Shown: positions 57,820 through 64,000 of the stretch, piece by piece
Layout: the number at the start of each line of letters is the position of its first letter
Position numbering within the stretch: position 1 is the stretch's first letter
Assembly: GCA_004321885.1 (NCBI GenBank)
Contig: SCQK01000007.1
Location: forward strand, 150,540 to 214,539
Source: Patescibacteria group bacterium
GTDB lineage: Bacteria; Patescibacteriota; Patescibacteriia; Magasanikbacterales; GWA2-37-8
Reading direction: 5' to 3'
Length of the DNA: 64,000 nt
Translations under genes and position numbers: made by a program
The notes under the pieces: generated by a model
Seen by the model: the letters and a program-made list of their open reading frames with translations, nothing else
Database searches by the model: none
What the model was told of the DNA's origin: nothing

Positions 57820-58683
57820 CATATTACTTCCCCTATTACTAGGAGTACTGACTATATCTTCATCCCAACTTTGCCCAGTCGGGAGTACGGCATATTGTGG
57901 CGCGCGATTTCCTTCACTATGAATGCGCCACCTCGGCCTTAGGCCTCAGTCGATACGGGGTTCTTCATCAATTTTGTACCGCATGCTTTCTATCACATAC
58001 GGGGCAATTATTTTTTGCAGTTTCCTGGTGTCCTTCACGCAAAATTTCAAATCCATGGCTTTTGTTTTTTTTAATTCCAGCTTTGGGTGTAGATTGAAAT
58101 TTTTCGCGAAGACTCGTTTCAGTCCGCTGATGCTTTCGGCGTTCAGCTTGGACAGATAGATATACGCGGTTTTATCGCGTTTATAATAATATCCATCATC
58201 CATAAACCATACTGCCAATACTAGAGGATCAAATAATTTTTCAATTATTTTTGGAACTTGCTTGTCGCCGTTTTCATAAAACAGCGCATGCAATTTTCCA
58301 AACTCTGGCGATGAATGCGACTGGCATCGGTAATAGGCATATTGTTTCCGCCAAATCGGATTAAAACGCGTCAAATACTTTGGTTTTGATTGCATATATC
58401 GTTCAAGCTCGCGCCACTTCCAGAAAATATATTCTTTCTGACGCGAACTATGCTCCAAACGCAATCGCGCGTTTTTCTCGCCGGTTTTTTGCAAAAAACC
58501 ATCGCCTAATACACAGCCAATCGCTATACTTCTTTCGCGTTGATTCATATGTAATGTAATTTAACGCGATGAAGAACTTCCCACGGTATTCCCCTTCCCG
58601 TTTGGGATTCGGGGTTCACCGTTATTAGCCGTTTTCTTGTTCCGATATTACTACCGGAACGGGACAACAACCCTTTCGGGTCT
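57820..58683 (-). mobile_element. group I intron at the L2449 (omega/I-SceI-type) site GGGGAT|...|AACAGGC with LAGLIDADG ORF
   Basis: Exons rejoin to GGGGATAACAGGCTGAT; S-box GAAGATATAGTCAG. Confidence 0.7.
57946..58548 (-). CDS. LAGLIDADG homing endonuclease (intron-encoded)
   Basis: IGCVLGDGFL plus second motif. Confidence 0.75.
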   Translation of the reverse strand: MNQRERSIAIGCVLGDGFLQKTGEKNARLRLEHSSRQKEYIFWKWRELERYMQSKPKYLTRFNPIWRKQYAYYRCQSHSSPEFGKLHALFYENGDKQVPKIIEKLFDPLVLAVWFMDDGYYYKRDKTAYIYLSKLNAESISGLKRVFAKNFNLHPKLELKKTKAMDLKFCVKDTRKLQKIIAPYVIESMRYKIDEEPRID

Positions 58684-58872
58684 ATCCCCGGAGTAGCTTT
58701 TATCCGTTGATCTTCCACTCTCCTATATGAGGTGGTCGGTTCACTAACTTCCGCTTTCGCGACTGCTCGGGTTGTAGCCCTTGCAGTAAAGCCAGCTTGT
58801 GCGTTTGCGCGTCCAGCTCGATTTCCATCCGAGCTAAGCTGACCTTTGTAAACGCCTCCGTTACATTTTAGG

Positions 58873-59809
58873 CAATTGTGTTACCTTAATTTTCCTAACT
58901 TATATTCCATTTTCGGAATAATATAGGGCCTGATGATATTAACGAATTCCTGCACCGATGACGCGAGCAAGTAAATCTGCTTGCCTTCTTTCTGCTTTCG
59001 CAGTTTGGTTGCTATCTTGTATTTATTCGACAGAACCCTTCGCAATCGGCGCAGACAAATATCGGAATAACATTGTGTGTTTAGAATTAACGCCCGATGA
59101 TGATTTGATTTAATGGAACCATCATCCATAAACCATACTGCCAATCCGAGCGGCGTCAGCCATCGATGAATCAATTTAGGCACGGTCTTCTCGCGGCCGC
59201 GATAGAATTGCGCGGCGTAGAAGCGCAGAGCCGGATGACTCACTGTGTTAAACCAATATTTTTTGTACAGCTTGCCGTTCACTGTCTGGTCTTTGATTTT
59301 AGGAGGAGTTATCACCCAATCCTTGAACTTGTCATAAATCCAATCAACGTATGCCTTTTGGCTAAGTCCGTGCTGGACCATTAACCGATAAGCGACGCCG
59401 GAATTATGATTAGATAGGTGACTGTCTCCCAGTAATGTTCCGACCAGTATCTCACGCTGTACTTTTGTTAATTTCAATCCCTTCTTATACTCTCTTAACT
59501 TCAGAGTATTCATAATTTTAAGGACCAAATTTAATTTGGTGCTCTATGTCGCCATAGAGTTCAGACTATATCATTATCCCGACTAAGTCGGGATACCTGG
59601 CATGTAGTCGTTGAGGGGTCATCCCGATTAAATTGGGAGACTTCCCTGCTGGTTGACCGCAGGCGCGCATTTTCACCCCGACGTAACGTCGGGGTAGCGC
59701 GGCCATACTCCGGTTGTTCTAGCATATAGCCAAGTTTGCTTTCAATGTCGCCATTGAAACGCCCTTCGTGATGTTCCAACATTCGTTGGCGTAACGGACA
59801 TCACGACTC
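58873..59809 (-). mobile_element. group I intron in the domain V region (~E. coli 2260) with LAGLIDADG ORF; boundaries tentative
   Basis: Exons rejoin to GGGGCGGTTGCCT|CCTAAAATGTAACGGAGGCG; S-box ATGATATAGTCTGAAC; contains two CCCGAC...GTCGGG hairpins. Confidence 0.5.
58881..59513 (-). CDS. LAGLIDADG homing endonuclease (intron-encoded)
   Basis: VGTLLGDSHL plus second motif. Confidence 0.7.
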   Translation of the reverse strand: MNTLKLREYKKGLKLTKVQREILVGTLLGDSHLSNHNSGVAYRLMVQHGLSQKAYVDWIYDKFKDWVITPPKIKDQTVNGKLYKKYWFNTVSHPALRFYAAQFYRGREKTVPKLIHRWLTPLGLAVWFMDDGSIKSNHHRALILNTQCYSDICLRRLRRVLSNKYKIATKLRKQKEGKQIYLLASSVQEFVNIIRPYIIPKMEYKLGKLR

Positions 59810-60103
59810 AGGCAACCGCCCCAGTTAAACTACCCACCAGACACTGTCTCCTTTGGCCGATTCAGGTCAAAAGATTAGGCATAAATTCATCTAAGGGTGG
59901 TATTTCACTGTCCCCCGACTAGGTCGGGGTCCCACCTATTCTAAACATAAATAAGCTTATGCCAATATCAAGTTGTAGTAAAGCTTCACGGGGTCTTTTC
60001 GTCTAGTTGCGGGTAGGAGGCATCTTCACCTCCCTTGCAATTTCACCGAGTCCCTCGTTGAGACAGTCGCACTATCGTTATGCCATTCATGCGGGTCGGA
60101 ACT

Positions 60104-60811
60104 CCAATTGTTATCACTGTGTTTCCACAATGTTCAGACTATACTTTCATCTTCCCGACAATATTTAGGAGATCTGTTTTTAAATAGCGGCGCGCTCCGA
60201 TGTTATTCATCGTATAGGCACTGGCTATAATTTCCTTTATACCATTTGTCGACAAGTGAAGATTTGACTTCATTGAGCGACAAATTTTTCTCAATATTTC
60301 AAAGTCATTTTGCTTTGAAGTTCTTAGAGGGTATCTGTCAAAGTGCGGCATGATTTTTTTTATCAAATCATCCAGACTTCGCACCTCGTATTTGTACGTC
60401 TGATCATGACTGTCAAAGCGAATACCGCCACAAGCAAAATAATTTTTCAATTCTTCCAGAACCGATAAATTACGCTTGTTTTGGCTGACCGTGAAACTTG
60501 GTCTGACTTCAATCCCGACGGATAATTTATCGCGTCGTGAGAACGAAACCAGAAAGCTTCCTTCGCCATCAACAATTCCCGAAACGTACCAAGGATTTAT
60601 CTCCATATACTGTCTCCTTTCTTGGGAAGAGCCGGCGTGTTGCCCGCTTTTGGCAGGCCTCATCTTTCGATTCAGTCGTTACGGGGCTTTGCTTCCCAGC
60701 AAAGCTTCCCACGGTATTCCCCCATAGGGGTTCACCGTTATGAGCCGGTTTGCTAATATCGCGTCACCGCGATACTCGGGCAAGTATTATCTCCGACCCG
60801 GAGATTTGTTC
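60104..60811 (-). mobile_element. group I intron at the L1931-like site TTGTCGGGT|...|AGTTCCGACC with LAGLIDADG ORF
   Basis: S-box GAAAGTATAGTCTGAAC near the 3' end. Confidence 0.65.
60139..60606 (-). CDS. LAGLIDADG homing endonuclease (intron-encoded)
   Basis: VSGIVDGEGSF; SD AAAGGAGA before the ATG. Confidence 0.75.
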   Translation of the reverse strand: MEINPWYVSGIVDGEGSFLVSFSRRDKLSVGIEVRPSFTVSQNKRNLSVLEELKNYFACGGIRFDSHDQTYKYEVRSLDDLIKKIMPHFDRYPLRTSKQNDFEILRKICRSMKSNLHLSTNGIKEIIASAYTMNNIGARRYLKTDLLNIVGKMKV

Positions 60812-60831
60812 ACCCGACAAGGAATTTCGCT

Positions 60832-61303
60832 CGACGCTTCCTTTTTAATAGCGTTGGACTATATCTTCATCCCCGACTAAGTCGGGGAGCATAGCGTTTA
60901 GTCTCTGAGGATCCTAAACTGTTAAGCCCCTGTTACTGCGTAGTAACATTTAATCGCAAATGCGAATTATCCTCAATCATTATTTTTATAACACCATCGC
61001 ATAAGCGCTCGCTAAAGCACATCTGCAAAAAATTTTGTAGTAGTTTGAAGGTGATATGATTAATGATTAGAGGGGCCTAACGCAATTTTGTTATTAATAA
61101 CATAATTGCATTAAATTAGTTTCCTGCTGATCATCCCGCTTGGGACTTCCCAGCATATGGCTATGATTGGATTATACCACACATCACTGTGCGGTAAGGC
61201 AGCTTTTTTAATGGCTTTGATTTGATCCTCTGCTGATCACGATTGTTTACATATCGCTATCTCCGTCCCAATCCTTGTGAATTCGTGGGTAAACGAATTC
61301 ACA
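60832..61303 (-). mobile_element. group I intron, ORF-less (472 nt), at the L1917-like site CCTAAGGT|...|AGCGAAATTCC
   Basis: Separated from the next intron by a 20-nt exon; S-box GAAGATATAGTCC. Confidence 0.65.
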
Positions 61304-62111
61304 ACCTTAGGACGGTTATAGTTACCGCCGGCGTTCATCAGCGCTTCGGTTCAAGGCTGCCTTCCCGACTAGGTCGGGAAATGACCTCTCCCCTTAACGT
61401 TCTGACACTGGCCAGGCATCACCCCCTATACTTCAGCTTGCGCTTTTGCAGGGAGCTGTGTTTTTGGTAAACAGTCGCAGTGCGTCTTTTGTTGTAATCC
61501 CGACTAAGTCGGGACGGGCCTTATCCCTAAGTTACGGCCGCTGTATTGCAGAGTTCCTAAACGAGGGTTCTCTCGTACGCCTTGGTCTTCTCGACCTATC
61601 CACCTGTGTCGGTTTACGGTACGGTTGCGCGCGACTTAACGATTCATGCCTTTTCTAGGCACCTCTCCGTCTTAAGTTGACTCCACCCGAGGGCTTTGTC
61701 TTCGCCTTGCGGCACGTGTATAACCAAAACACGCTTAAAATTTTGAGATGCGCAACATGAATCAAATCGCGCCCAGTGCTGGAATATTAACCAGCTCATC
61801 CATCGACTACCCCGCCTGGCGGCGGACTCGCCTTAGGACCGACTAACCCTGGGTCGATTCTCGTTGCCCAGGAAACCTTGGATTTTCGGCGCTCCGGATT
61901 CTCACCGGAGTTTTTGCTACTTATGCCTGCATTCTCGCTTCCTTGCACTCCACCACGGCTCACGCCTATGGCTTCAGCGCGCAAGGAACGTTCCTCTACC
62001 ATTCATCTGTATATAAATATACAAACAAATTCGCAGCTTCGGTACCATATTTAAGCCCCGTACATCTTTGGCGCTAAAACTCTTGACCAGTGAGCTGTTA
62101 CGCTTTCTTTA

Positions 62112-62147
<36 letters not shown>

Positions 62148-63504
62148 AAAGAATTAGAACCGCCTTGTTTGCACTTAACATGGATTTAGGGACCTTAGCT
62201 AGCGATCTGGGCTGTTCCCCTTTTGACAATGGCGCTTAGCCGTCACTGTCTGACTCCTGAGATCTGGCTACTGGCATTCGGAGTTTGATTGAAAACGGTA
62301 TCCCGAAGGACCCAATTCTCATCCAGTGCTCTACCGCCGATAGAAACTCTCAAGGCTAGTCCTAGAACTATTTCGAGGAAAACCAGCTATCACCGAGTTC
62401 GATTAGAATTTCTCTCCTATCCACAGTTCATCTCCGCGTGTTGCACGGCGCGTGAGTTCGGACCTCCCCTTCGATTTCTCGAAGGTTCATCCTGACCATG
62501 GATAGCTCACCCGGTTTCGGGTTATGTGCGTGCCACAAACGCCCTTTCAGACTCGCTTTCGCTGCGCCTACGCCCCAGAGGGGCTTAAGCAAGCGGCACA
62601 CATCACACTCGCAGGCTCATTCTTCAATAGGAACACGGTCACCCTTGCGGGCTCCCGCTCTTTGTAAGCGCATGGTTTCAGATACTATTTCATCGCCCTC
62701 TCCGGGCTGCTTTTCACCTTTCCCTCGTGGTACTTGTCCACTATCGATCACCAAAAGTATTTAGTCTTGGACCATAGTCGGCCCGGCTTCAGACGGAATT
62801 TCACGAGTTCCGTCCTACTCAAGAACACTAGCTATGATTTTTTAACTCCTTTCGCGTACGGGACTATTACCCTCTCTGGTTGTTCTTTCCAGAACATTCT
62901 ACTAGGAAGGTTAAAACGCTCACCCGACTTTGCAGAAAGTCGGCGCTAATGTCTTACAACACTCCACAAACAACGGTCTGCACCTTTAAGCCGCGTCAAA
63001 TTAATCTTGCGATCAACCGTTCGCGGCAACATTTATGGAGTTTGGACTTTTCCCTTTTCGCTCGCCGCTACTAAGGGAATCTCTTCGATTTATTTTCCTC
63101 TGGCTACTGAGATGTTTCACTTCGCCAGGTCTTCTTCATGCGGCTATGTATTCACCGCACAATGATCTCTTGCCAATTCCATCTCCAAACTTTTGCTTGA
63201 ACAAGATTGGCTTAGCGTTTCTTTCAGAAACGGAATTGGCAAGAGATCGGGTTTCCCCATTCGGAAATCCCCGGGTCAAAGGTTGCTTGGGACCTCTCCG
63301 AGGCTTATCGCACCCTGCAACGTCCTTCATCGTCTTTTGGTGTCAAGGCATCCGCCATGCGCCCTTGGTAAAATTGCGCACGACAGAAGCACTAAATTGT
63401 GCTTCGTCGCTTACTACCCTATTGCTTTACCACCACACCAAAATTTTTTGGTGTGCGTGGTTTATTTTAAATTGTCAAAGTGCTTTCTTTTGTCGTCCGT
63501 CTCT

Positions 63505-63530
63505 GTCATTCTGAGCGAAGCGAAGAATCC
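63505..63530. repeat. GTCATTCTGAGCGAAGCGAAGAATCC element in the rRNA leader
   Basis: Shares the GCGAAGCGAAG motif with 5222-5292 and 36607-36626. Confidence 0.6.
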
Positions 63531-63645
63531 CTCTCAAAACCCTTCACTCTGTTCAGAATTTAAAAGAGCCGCTTCCAAGCGGCTCCAAATAAAGTCAGAA
63601 AAAAATCTGATTTAGTCCCGTCAAAGGCGGGCAAGCGCTTGGTTT

Positions 63646-63670
63646 GTCATCCTGAACTTGTTTCAGGATC
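63646..63670. repeat. GTCATCCTGAACTTGTTTCAGGATC element (third identical copy)
   Basis: See 28725-28749 and 37280-37304. Confidence 0.75.
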
Positions 63671-63710
63671 TGTTCGTCTCTATGGAACAACATTTGTGTT
63701 TGTTTCACTT

Positions 63711-63740
63711 GTCATTCCCCCGACTTAGTCGAGGGAATTC
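63711..63740. repeat. GTCATTCCCCCGACTTAGTCGAGGGAATTC element
   Basis: Member of the radA/pfk family. Confidence 0.7.
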
Positions 63741-63799
63741 ACAATTTAGTTCCCAGAGGTCCAAGCGATAAATCTACTGGACGTGGTCCCGATAATTTT

Positions 63800-63824
63800 G
63801 TCATTCCCGCGCAAGCGGGAATCC
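63800..63824. repeat. GTCATTCCCGCGCAAGCGGGAATCC element
   Basis: Arms identical to 52886-52916; different loop. Confidence 0.7.
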
Positions 63825-63847
63825 AGTCGGGATTTTAGGCAAAGTCC

Positions 63848-63876
63848 ATAATATCAAAATACCAAAAATTTGTCAA
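63848..63876 (-). promoter_or_regulatory. putative rRNA operon promoter TTGACA-17-TATTAT (minus strand) with ~430-nt leader
   Basis: Plus strand reads ataata...17 nt...tgtcaa. Confidence 0.45.
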
Positions 63877-64000
63877 GGGTATGTACAGTTAACACCATAG
63901 GGTAACATATGGTAGTATCAAGGGTTACACCTGTTCACTGTGTGAACAGTAATAATCGCTTAACCATATGGCCTATCCAATGGCAGCTGGTCGTCGGGAA

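Noticed and set aside
63416-64000. Expected 16S rRNA or tRNA-Ile/Ala upstream of the 23S
   Set aside because: The ~580 nt upstream of the 23S contains only repeat elements and a promoter-like site; no 16S 3' end (CCTCCTT) or tRNA cloverleaf recognised. The operon appears to be 23S-5S only within this window.

Overview
This 64 kb window looks like a small-genome, CPR/Patescibacteria-like bacterial chromosome segment with mixed GC content and AAA-rich native codon usage. I see five main things. (1) Dense housekeeping genes (radA, recG, der, pth, dprA, topA, rel, parAB, sod, rpsA, gyrA, rpmF-nusB-rnc, glmS, OFOR alpha/beta/gamma, malic enzyme, fba, pfk), six tRNAs and a 23S-5S rRNA operon. (2) The 23S gene is split by five group I introns, three of which encode LAGLIDADG homing endonucleases, and gyrA carries an HNH-type intein. 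(3) Several families of short palindromic or tandem repeat elements recur throughout the window. They are repeatedly inserted IN FRAME into essential genes (radA, recG, a folC-like gene, pfk, an rRNA methyltransferase, a PHP/EndoQ-like gene, a FemAB-like gene, an anti-sigma-like gene) and into rRNA helices. This is reminiscent of Rickettsia palindromic elements but the families are apparently distinct. (4) One family is an SD/anti-SD hairpin (CCCTCC-loop-GGAGGG) that sits in front of several start codons. (5) There are two GC-rich, AAG/GAG-codon islands that look horizontally acquired: a trio of divergent beta-carbonic-anhydrase-like paralogs and a 444-aa ER-repeat protein next to the rRNA operon, plus a 15-aa poly-Lys micro-ORF with a strong SD and terminator. 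All calls come from reading the sequence by eye; no searches were run. Boundaries of introns, repeats and rRNA ends are approximate.
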